Part shown: in pieces, positions 41,364 through 53,619 of the stretch
Layout: every line of letters begins with the position of its first letter
How positions within the stretch are numbered: the stretch's first letter is position 1
DNA from: Paramecium tetraurelia
Taxonomy: Eukaryota
Length of the DNA stretch: 64,000 nt
Direction: 5' to 3'
Assembly (NCBI GenBank): GCA_000165425.1
Contig: CT868681.1
Span: forward strand, 186,001 to 250,000
Position numbers and translations under genes: made by a program
Notes under the pieces: generated by a model
Seen by the model: the letters and a program-made list of their open reading frames with translations, nothing else
What the model was told of the DNA's origin: nothing
Database searches by the model: none

Positions 41364-42915
41364 TCATTTGTTTATTTATAAAGGTTTTTTCACATTCGTA
41401 GTTTAGGAGAGCGTTCTTCTCATCCTATTTTTAGCAGCTATGTCGCCATATTCTTCTTTCCGATTCAAAAATTTATAGAGCAGTTCATTCTTCAAAGGCA
41501 TCCTCAAATTCATTTGTTTCTTAATAGCAGCCTCCTCATTCATTTTCTAAAGACTCAATTAGAAAGAGCTCTATCTATTTACAGTGGAACGAACAGGACT
41601 ATTTATAATCGAAGGCCTCAGCTATTCATTCTACAAATGCACTGATTTCTGAGTATTCCGTAGACCCATTCTCAAACGATTAAATACTGCAGATTGTTTA
41701 TTTTGAGAAGGATTAGCAATGCTATTGAGATTATTGATTTGGGATTCATTAAGATCTTCTGAATTATTCGATTGAGATTGGTGAACTGAATTAATGGAAT
41801 GAGTCGATCGGATTTAATTTTTTTAGACTACCGTTTGCTTTTGTTGTTCCTCGACATCTTCACTGCTTTTCTTAAAATTGTAATGTCTTGAAAGGGTTTT
41901 CTTGGGCATAATTTCTCCAGTTAGAGACACTTTGTTATTGAAGACTTTCTCATTTCTGGACACTTGAGTTTTGCATTTGTTGGGCAGATTCTCCTCTATG
42001 GTGGGTAGGACTTAAGCTTTGAAAAAGTCATGATCAAAAATCAGTAATTAACCTTCCTCACTAATACAAAAGGCAGTGCCATTGCACAATGATGTTTTAT
42101 TGTTCAATTCGTTTTCTCCTATCAATTGTCCTTAGGTGAAGATGTGAACTGCTTTGGCAACTCCCTTTTCGAGTTCTCTTAATTCAAAAATCCCTTTGAT
42201 AACCAAATAAATTTATTTGATCATCTGCTCCTATAAGTATACAATATCAAGGCATTGGAAGTTCTGTGACATGGAATTGGCATAGAACCTACGTACTTAG
42301 GCGTATGGAACATTCTTGAAGATGGGAAAGGCGTACAATTGAGAGATTTCCTTAGTAATGCGACTGACTTCAAAATTCATTAGATTGACTCTAAAATCAT
42401 GCTTAGAAATTGCAGCGAGTTTACAGACAGTTTTAGATGTAACATTCCAATCTGATCTAAAATCATGAATGCATACATGTCAGAATAGCATTCACTTCCA
42501 AAAAGAAGGAGATTCGATCCAAAATGTTTCAGATGGATCATCTCTTGGTTTCCCTTATTCAAAACCACATCACCAGACAAAACGATTATCAGTTTACTTT
42601 GATCCAATTGGTTTTTAGAGAAGATCACCTAATTTTTGTGGAACTATTCAAATCTCATTAACTATCAGATGACCAAAAGACTTACTTGACAACACTCTAT
42701 TAGAAATTCATTGTCAGAGGTTCTAAAGAATTCATGACCCCTCAAAAATTGACCAAGTTTCTCGTTCTCCTGTTCGGGATCGCAAACTTGGATCTTTCTA
42801 TAATAATTGCATGCATTGCTGAGTGGTCTATGAATTCCTCGTATACAACAAATCCGGGTCTTTGGAGCTTCTCAAAATGAATGTCTGTGATTGTAGATTA
42901 ATTGTTTTTTTTCAT
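41364..42915 (-). CDS. Cyclic-nucleotide-binding domain protein (two cNMP-like domains); two apparent +1 indels at the 5' end
   Basis: LLQKDPSLRS...KLGQFLRGHEFF, LIIVLSGDV, IYLVIKGIFEL, GQLIGENEL; frame intact from ~42775 to TGA at 41364-41366. Confidence 0.75.
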
Positions 42916-43122
42916 TTAATTATTAAATTATAGGTTATCATTCAAGTTTTTATGCTCGTTATGATGGAACATCCCTAAATATAATATGATTATTAGTTGA
43001 TTACACAAGCATACTGTAAAGAATCCCCTTTCATCTCCATATAATCCATTAGAATAATTATAAAATTCTAAGAAACTCAAATGTCTTCCAGTGTTCGCAT
43101 GGATGTGTAATTAATATAATAA

Positions 43123-43579
43123 TCAATAATAATAATATCTGGATGGATATCTGGAATATCTGCTGTAGGCTAAAGAATTTGACAGAGGTTGGCGAACAAC
43201 ACTGGATCTCTCCACTGGAACATAGTCGACTGCTTCATCGTATCTCTCGATTGGCACGTATTCTACTCTTCTTTCAAGTCTTGGGACTGGGACATAATCT
43301 CTGTAATGCTCGACTTAATGATTTCTATGATTTTCTACTTTCCACATAGTCTGTGTATCTTCTCTCGACTGGCTTGTATTCAATTCTCTGTTCTGGAACA
43401 TACTCAGTGTATCTCTGCTCAACTGGGATTCTCTCCACCCAAGAATTGCCTTAAATATTTAGCAGAGGAGTCTTACCTCTTGGTGGAGTGGATGTGTAAA
43501 CTGGGGAGACATATGAACGGGTGGGTGAATACTAGTGGGGTCTGGCATAGGATCTGTAGGGGGAGTAGAGGTAACTCAT
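43123..43579 (-). CDS. Epiplasmin (cortical membrane-skeleton protein)
   Basis: S/P/Y-rich ends flanking heptad-like repeats EQRYTEYVPEQRIEYKPVERRYTDYV...ERRVEYVPIERYDEAVDYVPVER, the Paramecium epiplasmin signature; two tiny introns. Confidence 0.88.
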
Positions 43580-43616
43580 TTAAAACAAAATAAAATTTTA
43601 TTGAAAAGTTAATTCG

Positions 43617-46600
43617 ATGTCCAATAAAGACATTTAAAAACTGCAATCTCTATTTCAAATAAACAACAGTGTCGTTTAAGAGTATTTGGGAATTAGGTTG
43701 ATAAATTAAACTCTTATTGACTAGGTATTGCCCACATGATTACTTATGTAGTTGGTGAATAGTGATAGTGCTGGTGAGATTCAGAAAATCAAAAAGATCG
43801 AGGGCTGCAAAGATTGGGACAAATTGAAACATAAACTGTTAGCCTACTTTGTGGCTTCTCAATTAACTTATGGCAAACCTATTCACAAATACATCCAATA
43901 AGCATACGAGGACTTTCTCATTAAATACCACATTTTCTATGAGGGCTTAATCGAATTTCAAACTTGCTCCATGTTGAACCAATATCTCCTACTAAAATAG
44001 AAATTACTTAAAGACGATTGCAATCTCAAATGGGAATTTCGTAAATTAATAAACATGCTCATTTGGAAGACCAATCAATTGCATTTTCTAATTCGAATCA
44101 TCATCGGTTACATAGGCTATGTCAAAATAAGCAAACAAATTGGCAATGTGGAGAGAGTCTTCGAACAAATAGCCAAGCTAATTGAGAAATCCCTCAAAAA
44201 GGGAGCCAATTACAACCATCTATTATTCAAAATGGATGTCGAATTGTTCTCCTCCTATTGGAATAAAATAATCCAAGTCAGTAACAACGACACCAATGCC
44301 ATCATCTTGATTCAATTGTTACAATAGTCTCAATTCTACTTCAACGATTATAAGTTTCAGAGTGATATTATAAAGACACTGCAAGCAATTCAGTAAGCTA
44401 AGTTCTCCATCAATTCCCAGTCATAAGTAAATGAAGAGACCAAACCCAAAGGCTAAATTAGGAAACCCATTCTGTAGATTAATAACTTGATGCCCTAAGA
44501 AGTTCCTAAGGAATCGACAAAAAGTACCAAGAGGTATTCGGAATTGGGGAAAATTGTGAAAACAGAACAAACTCTAACGTCAGCTACAAGCAAAAGAATA
44601 ATCAAGGCTTCTGCCTCTAAACTCCTCAATTCTCAATATCAACACATTGAAGAGGATCCCATATTCTAAATCCAAGTTGAAAATTACCACATTAACAAGA
44701 TTGTTAGAAAAGGATGCTTTAAAATCTAAAAACCAGTGACCTTGTCTACATGCACTTGTATTCCTATTCAATATCATAGAAAGATACAAAACACAGACTT
44801 CTGCATAAGAAGATTTACCATTACTTACCTTCCAAGACTTCGAGTAAGATCACCAAGATTCAATTCTAGAACTACCCTCCCCTGTCAAACCAGCTACTGA
44901 ATCAGACCATAAGATTTCCGGCAAGGATCACAGCATTACACATTCCTAATCATCTCAAGGGAAAATTGATAAGTTGAACAATCTCAGTAATCCCTATAAA
45001 CTGAAGAACCTGATTAGTTCTAGATTCCAGTAAATCCTAGACATAGCCTAATTGAGTGCCTCCTCAACACCCAGGAATGCTGATCTAGGTAAATCGATTA
45101 GAAGATAAAAAACAATATCAATCAAAAAAGAACACAAGGAATTTCAATTATAACCACAATAACTCTCAATTCCCTTGTTACAACAAATACCTTCGTAAAA
45201 AGATCCAGATCCATAGACTTCAGAAAGAAGAAGGAGTGGGATGGTCGTGAGTTCACCTGATGCTGCTTCTCAAATTAGTCAAGCCATCCAAAAATCTAGT
45301 CTTGTTGAGAGTATCCCCACAAAATCGTAGATTATAATTGCAATACCAGTCTAATAACAGCAACAATAGAACTAATAGCAAACACAACAGCAGAATCCTA
45401 AACGACCTCAAAGAAGGAATATCTTGGCTTTAAGGACTGCCACTACCTTATTTATGGAATAATCCAATACTTACATCCCAAAGTTTTAATTTTCATTGTG
45501 TTATCACAGTCGAACTATATAGTGGTCATGTTTTCTATAAATAGCATCATCAGATAACATTCTTATAGCTTTCTAGGATACAACAAATAACAAAATAGTT
45601 TATAGGGCTCAATTGTAGAATTTATAGATTGATAATATCAAAAATTGGGCGCAAATAATTGAAGTCTTTATTAAGGAGTACCAATCATAAGCTTCTCAAT
45701 GCTTGCCCTATTTGCGTTATAATGAAATAATGAGCAATAGGAATGGTGATAACTACAATTTTATTATGTTTCCCAAGTATTAGTTCGAACTAACCAAAAA
45801 TGAAATAGAATAAATGGGTATTATGAAGGATTTGTTTAGATGGATGTATACAACTTATTTATATGAATAAATCAACATCACTGGGATCAGATTGAAGTTG
45901 TATTCAGTCGAAAAAGACAAAACTCTGAATGCATACAGAGAATTAATCAATGTGGTCAATCTTTATAGAAGAATGATCATCTAATCGACCCTGTGTGATG
46001 AGAAGGAGAAATTCCACTTGCTAATTCTAAGTTATGGAGGTATCACTTAATGTTAACTATTATAATAGAGTGTATTAAGAATAACATCATTCTTTTGAAT
46101 AGGATACTCAATTTTAAGATAAACAAACAAAAGGATTAGTAATATATGATTCACAAGCAGTTGGTGAGTCTTAGAAACCTAAGTTTGACAAATGATGAAG
46201 ACAACATATTTTTCATAATTAAAGTGAGCATTATATTTTAGAAAGAGAAGTACTTATAAGTTATAATTAATTAGCATCTTGTACTATAAGAAGAATGACT
46301 ATCACACCAAGTACTAGGTGGATGTATTGTTCGAGGCAATCAACAGTCCAGTAAAGATTAAACCTTTGAGATTGTAATTTGATGCCATAGAAAAGATCTT
46401 AGAAAAGAGATATCACAATAATTTAAAGCAGATAATAAATTAAATATTTTTCTCATAAAGGAAATGCTGGCACATGTTCTATGAATTCATAGATCAAAAG
46501 TTGATGATCAATGAATAGAAGTAACTTTAAGTTAAGATGAATATATTTTCATTGCATGATGCTTAGAAAATGGAGGCTTGTGGGATGAAATTAGGGTTTC

Positions 46601-49314
46601 TCATAGATTTGCAGACTAAAGTGAAGCCCTTTGCGATTACTGAAATAGAAAGATACATCTATGATGATACCTAAAAGAAGTTAGACTATCAATCCAAATC
46701 ATAGACTATCCACAATAGAGAGCATATGTTCGATAAACACTTTGCTCAAATATTCGGTGAAGACATTACGAATAATGAATAACAGCATTTTCATCAAACC
46801 ACCTTGATTGATTTAGTGAAAAGGTACTAACCAAACATCAATGCAGAAGCTAAACAAGAGATCATTACAAAAAAGGTTGGTCCCATCGTAATTTATTAAG
46901 AAAATCCATTTACTGATGTGCATATTGATGATTTGGAAAAATTGGAGTCTTAATTTTTTAGCAAGTAAAATCTAAAGCTAGACAGAATCTAAAAGTATAG
47001 AATCCAATTGAAACATCTTTCCATCCAAATATCCATGGCTCAAAAATAGATAATATTGATTTACCATTATAATTAAAGATTGCAAAGGTTTCGGATTAGT
47101 CCTTTTGATGAAGAGGATAACTTAATATCCAATATTGTATAACTTATTCAAAATGGCCCTACTTGTTGGATCGTCTAAATGCTATATAAGAAAATAAGTC
47201 AGAGAAGTTTAAAGCAATCATTCATTAGCTCCTAATTATCAGATGGGTTAGAGTTACTGAAATATAAGAAATCAAAAAGTTAATTGGCTGAGATTCCTTC
47301 TTATAATGTGCTGCATTATTATATCTTAAACAATTACATGGTACTATTAAAATATTTTACTCTTAAATAATTCGTAATAGTTCAGAAGATTAAGAATTAC
47401 GGAAAATACTAGATAACTATTAAGGTGTTCTTTAGATGTCAAAAACCAGACATTTTGGCTGAGAATGATTACTTTTTGATGAGAATAGACTTCTAAAATA
47501 TCATGTTAAAGACTGGAATGATGAAAATGATCTTTAATAAGTACGATATCACAGAAATGTTAAAGATTGAGATACCATATAATATGACAGATGCAAATAT
47601 AGTGCAAACTGCCATGAACATATTTCAGAAATGTCACTTAGGAACATTCACATTAAGCAATGTTCCATTTTTTGCAGTCTCTCAAGATGATTTGAAATAA
47701 AACGAAAGTTAAATTACACATAATTCCTATGAAGATCATTCTACTAAAATTAATGTTCAATAAATCAGAAGAATCGGCAATTTCCCTGAAAACACGACTT
47801 TCAAGAAATCTGATCTCTGCAAAGGATTCTTAGAACATTACATAAAGAACAGTAGATTAATTGTTACTCACATCAAAAAGTCTTACTTGATTCATTCAAT
47901 ATCAACTGGATAATTGATTAAAATATCAAACAACAAGGTTACTTAATTATTGAATGATTAACAATAAATAATTGATTATGTTTTAATCCAAATTTACAGA
48001 CATCTGCTATTGGACATATGGATTATCAAGGTGTACGTTCCAAAAACAACAAGATAAATGGTAGGATTGTTGAGATCTGAAGATTTTAAGGAGAATGATG
48101 GCAAGGATTTAATGGATAGTATCATGATATACAAGAAGTAAGCTGTCTTAAGTTTCAAGGATTTAGACTCCTTCACAGATTTCACACCAAGATAGAGTGT
48201 GAATATGTAGAAGTCAAATCATCGATTGAGCTAACCGAGGATATCATAATTTCATTCTCCAGCTGTCTCAAGTATCTAGGCTTAGAATTAATTGGCTCAA
48301 TCTTAAGTTACGCCTTACTATCTAAATGATTTCTTCTATATCACTAAATTGGTGACTGAATTCACAGAGTACCGCTTGGAGAACGGAAATAAGGAATAGT
48401 ACATTATAAAGGAGAAGCTGATTTGGGTCAATATCATTAACAATAATTTCTCATTAGAACAACACCCCAAGCAATAAAATTGTTTTTTGTCTTTAATGTT
48501 TGATCAGAAAGAGATAAACTTATAAGAACTCCTCTTTTAACGTTACATCAGAATTGAACGAGTTGGTGAATCCCACATTGAGTTCTACATGAAGTATACT
48601 TAAAAGGCTGATCAATTAAAGGGTATCGCACTTCTTAAAGGGAAAATAAATCAATTGCATTTGCATAATAGCAAATTTCCGAGTATAATCAGCGAAGCTA
48701 AATTGAATGAAGAATAGATTAAATTCTTGAAACGTACCTGCATCTTCTTTCCCTTTGATGCCATTAGCTATGCTAACACATCCAATTTCAACATTGAATT
48801 GAAGTATTTCTCGTATAATAAATTTACTGAAGTCAAAGAACAAATAAATTTGAGGGAATTACTTAATTTATATATAGCTGATGGCTTTTACAAATACCAA
48901 ACTAATTATATGAATTCTAAGCTGAATCATTCAGACATTATCAGCATTTGTTATTATATGATACATAAAATTAAGACTTAAAATTTCTTAAATTTGAGTC
49001 AATATCATACGATTCCCAATTTAAACCAATTAAAAACGTAGAAATAATCTAATAAGATACAGAAACCAATTAGACTATAAATAAGGACCTTCAAAAAACC
49101 AAATATTTTCATAATCTCACTACTCTACAATGAAGTTTAAGTTTGTTGTACAAATTGGAAGACCTGCACACAAATGAATGATGTATTTTCATTTAGTTAT
49201 CTATCTGAACACATAGCTCATTTCAAACATCTGGTAGACAATGAACCTAGAATAGCATTACAAAGGATTGCAAAAATAATTGATAAATTAATGAATATTA
49301 TATTAATAAAATGA
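43617..49314 (+). CDS. Very large (~1850 aa) hypothetical protein
   Basis: Long open frame under TAR=Gln with few tiny introns and a Ser/Gln-rich middle; no family recognised; true stop may be ~49294 if the A5 run at 49272-49276 has an extra base. Confidence 0.75.
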
Positions 49315-50702
49315 AATTTGTAATATTAATACTATTGATACAGCACTATCATACTTGTGAAATCTATTACAACAACGACATCTCATTTGATTTCACAGAC
49401 ACCATAGGCTCCAATGTCTAATTGACAGACAAAAAAATCCTGAATATGAATATCTGTGGATCAATACCTTACTAGTGCGTCACTCAGGATGATAAGTAAA
49501 TCATGGTGAGAAATGAAAAGTCAACCTAAAACCTTATAATAGTTGAGAATGAGGAATGTGATTTTTATTCAAAGCAACACGATTATGCGAAAAATGATCT
49601 CAAACTTATAGATGAGAATAATCCCTTTGCAGGAGTGGTATTGAAGCTTCAAGGAGTAGAAGACGATGACAATTTGGAACTCCTGCTAATATGTAGCAAT
49701 TCGGATGCATTTGAAATTTAAACTCCTTGTGAATAAGATTATTGTATAAAACACTAAAGCGTTTGTCCGATTCTTGTGACCAATCCCATAATGAAATTTT
49801 ATCAGTACTTATACATCCCCCTGGGTGTTATTTTTATGCTCTTAGGAATAGCTCTAATAATTTTCGGATTCCAATTTTCGAGATTGACCACTGTCTTGCT
49901 GGCTTTCATGATTGGGACTGCAATATATACCATAGTGTTGGGAGAAGGAGTCTTGGATCAAGATTCAAGCAATTTCGCAATAATCATAGTACTGTGTTCT
50001 GGTATAGGAGTTGGAATTATCTACGCAAACACAACCTATGTGAGATATTTACTTGTACATTATAGATTCTATTTAGGGTGTGTTTAACATGGGTCTAGTA
50101 TTTGGGGTAGTGCTTTCTCTGTTGTTGGAACCCTTATTCTTGCATTTATTCAACAGTCATCCAATGTTTTTGGCCTTGACCTTAACACTTTCGATTTCAG
50201 GATTACTGTTTGGATTTTTGGCATGCAAATTTCTAAACACCTTTGGTATTGGAGCCACAGCCCTAGCAGGAGTATGAGAAATTCATTAAAATAGAGTTAC
50301 TTATTGATCAAGCCAATTGGGTGGTTTGCAGGTGGATATCCAAATGAGCTCTATTTAGTAAAGAGGGGATTTTATGGATTCGACAAGGAGATCGATTTTA
50401 GGTTCTACTTGTATTTCTCCTCCATAATGATCTTGACGATTGGAAGTGTGTTTTTTTAATATAGACAATTGAGAAAGAGGATGAGCATGGATGAAATGTT
50501 CGCTTACAAAGAAATGGATTATTGTGAGATGGGAAATTTCGAAAAGGGCAACAAGTCTGAAGTCAAGGGATTTGTAGATGAAACTGAGGTATTGCATATA
50601 ATAATAGCTATTTTGTAGGAGGTTATGCAATCTGTGTAATTTGTTAAAAAGCTAGGAGAGACAGGACAGAGGAGAAGCGATTCAAGCCAACAGAGTTAAT
50701 GA
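49311..50702 (+). CDS. Signal peptide + MRH/ATG27-like luminal domain + multi-pass TM domain (DUF4203/TMEM198-like)
   Basis: MKFVILILLIQ signal; MNICG, FAGVVLKLQG, LLICS, HQSVCP pattern; then YIPLGVIFMLLGIALIIFGFQF..., IGATALAG, GWFAGGYPNE. Confidence 0.7.
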
Positions 50703-50743
50703 AATTTTAATTTTATATTGTTATATTCTATTGATAATTGCTT

Positions 50744-51388
50744 TCAATTGTGGAAATTCCAAATCATGAATCCTGTTGTTCCCATAAAGGCAGCCCATCC
50801 CCAAAGTTCATAGAAGCCTCTAAAACCATCATGATATTGACGAATCACTTATCTTGAAATTCAACTACTTTAATACCTGTGTGTGCCATTACAGAAGGGA
50901 GCATTTGCACTCTGTTTGCAATTACACAATTTATAATATCCAGAAGTATCGACATTAAATTTAATTGGTCTATTTCTAGTTACTGAGGCATTGCACATTC
51001 CATCACACCAAGGATTCGATTATGAAATGCCGCATGAACACCATTGGTAAATCTTGATTTAGCGAATTCAAAATACCTTTCCCTTCTATAGATAGCAATT
51101 ATAAGGATAGAAACCAGCAACATAGGGCACTGATGCAGGACGGTACTTTCCTTCAGGATATGGGATGGATTCGGGCAGAAGTACAAACTTTTACTCTGGG
51201 AAATCTGTAATATCATCTGGCTTTCTTTCTTTTCTGGCTAAATTTATGAATGGCAACAACAATTTACGTTGAGGTGGAGTAATGATCTCGGGTGGTAGTG
51301 TATATGGATCACGTAAATGAGCCTCCCCATGTTGGAGTATCGTAGACACAGTTCTGTATTTAGCTGCCTTCTTCAAGATTTAAGACAT
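50744..51388 (-). CDS. Tandem CDGSH iron-sulfur domain protein with C-terminal TM helix (CISD3-like)
   Basis: After removing two tiny introns: YQWCSCGISQSNPWCDGMC and YKLCNCKQSANAPFCNGTH, then ELWGWAAFMGTTGFMIW; basic N-terminus compatible with mitochondrial targeting. Confidence 0.9.
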
Positions 51389-51445
51389 CCAAAATAAATT
51401 AATTAATACAATATCAATATTTCATACTTATCATACTAATCAATA

Positions 51446-51901
51446 ATGTCATCTCTTGTTATCCCCAACAACATTATCGAATTTATACCCTAAATATACC
51501 AAGGATACCTACAAGTCTTCCTTGTATAAAATTGCAAATCTAAATTTCTACATTCCTCATAGACATCTCCCAATATCCTCAGATCTCAGTATTAAACCAA
51601 TTGATTTTCGGAGAATTGCATGAAATCTCTTAAATACTAGCAGAAAGTAGAGTAAAAATATTATAATCAAAAACTCAGAATTGAAATAAATATGGAGATA
51701 GTATATATATAATCATATGTGTATGGATGTTTCATTTTGCTTTAAAGATGGGTCCATATCCTTAGCATTAAACCACATCAGAAGCAAATCAAACCTTCTT
51801 GATTTAATCATAATTATTTAATAATTGAATTTATAGAAACCAATTAAAACAAGGTATTAACTGGGAATTTATACGTCATTATTTTAGAACCCCAAAAGTG
51901 A
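51446..51901 (+). CDS. Possible small hypothetical protein (structure unresolved)
   Basis: ATG in A-rich context and coding-like composition, but I could not fix a unique exon structure. Confidence 0.3.
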
Positions 51902-52011
51902 AGACCAAACTTTTATTAGAGAGTTAATGATGCTACATTACTTAATGGAAATTGTGGAGTGGTTATAATATAATAATTTTGTTTTTTGAATATGAATTTA
52001 GAAATATGATG

Positions 52012-53601
52012 TCATTATGGTGGTTATTACTGAGGTAACAAGGCTCTTAATAATAGAATTTTATTTATATTTATAGCTGTTTATTGAAATATATCTGGTA
52101 GTCCAAATTAATGGGGTTTTTCCTCTTAAACTATGTGTTCCTCCTTAACGTGTTCTTTATCAAGATATTAGTGCTGTTATTCTATAAGCATTTCAGCACT
52201 TTAGATGACATGGGTGTGATGTGACCTTTGTTATGAAATGTTGGGACCCTGAATTTGAATGACTTTTCTTATGATTTTCTCTTGGTTGTTTTAAACTACT
52301 TCTTGTTCTTTGGGCTTCTTTTTCTTTCTTGGTTATTCTTCATATTCCTAATTGTCATCTTGCTATTGTTCGTTCTTCTTCAATTGCAATAGTTTATCAT
52401 AGACATCTATGTATGCTTATTTAATGTCTGCTAAATCTGTGATTTAAGTGAAATTCTTAGGCAGTTCAATTGGGTCGATAACAACTTCAATGTCGTCGTT
52501 ATTGAAAGGTTCAAGGAACTCTTACAGTTTTTTTAGATGTTATTGAAATTTACTAATAGTATTGCTGCTGTCCACACATAATATGATATATTTTTAATCG
52601 AGTTTGTTATTGACATTGTTATTAGTGCTTTTGTATAATACTTGTTGTATGGTCAAAACTAAAGATTTAGAGTCTTAGAATTTAAATACATTTGTATTAA
52701 GATACAATTTAATGCAAGAACTGAATTTGATGCATAGAAATACAGGATGCTTAACTTTGTGTCTGATATTGGGAGCTGAGAAATAATTATTCAATCCCTC
52801 GATAGTGTTGGTGATAACTTCGGTATTCTAGGGTTTGGTGGTTGTGAATTGCTTTTCAAGAGTGGTAATGGGGAAGGGATCAAAGTAGGATTGCAATTTC
52901 TGCTTATTTTGTTGCTCAATATCTCTGGCTGACTTTCGGGAATCCACAAAAATAGGGGGAGATATGCGGGATATCAGTATTTGGGGGAATTCAAACTTAC
53001 TTTAACAAAGATAAAGTGTTATGATTATGTGAAATTTTTAATGCTAAGTTTTATAAATAAGATACATCATGATTGTAGGAAGTAGTGTTAAATTTGAGAC
53101 CAGAGAATATGCATTTATTATTTTCCAAATCCATCTTCTAATTACCCTTCACACCCACTTCCAGCAGATGAAAAGTTTTCATTGGACTTACTGTTGGTTT
53201 TACAATTTGAATTTTGGCCTAAATAAAAAGATGGTCAATACATAGATCTTGCCTGGTGGAGCAAGCTTCTCGTCAGTGGTGGGATCTGTTATCTAAGGAT
53301 GTTTAAAACATAATGCGCATACCTCCAATTCGACGCCAATATCTGGTAGATTCCAACTCTTATGCCAATTCCAGCCCAAGCCATTTTTGTTTGTGTAAAT
53401 GAAATTCCTGCTCTGCTCTATTTTGAGATCAATTACAGGGTCTATCTACCCCTACTCCGACGGTATTTTCAATTGCACAGATGGACTCAAGTTCCACGTT
53501 GTTTCGGTATCCTTTGAGATGCGTTTCACATCGTATTGACATGGTATCCATTCCCATTGCTTATCCTAAGGAGCGATGTCTGATTTCTAATTTTCTTTCA
53601 T
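52012..53601 (-). CDS. Hypothetical protein, candidate Ig-fold DNA-binding protein
   Basis: Spliced frame (three tiny introns) with CIFSGLKFNTTSYNH, KFHIIITLY, SRISPPIFVDSRKSAR, NYFSAPNIRHKVKHP and a basic PRKKKKPK stretch. Confidence 0.75.
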
Positions 53602-53619
53602 TAAAATTATATAATATTA

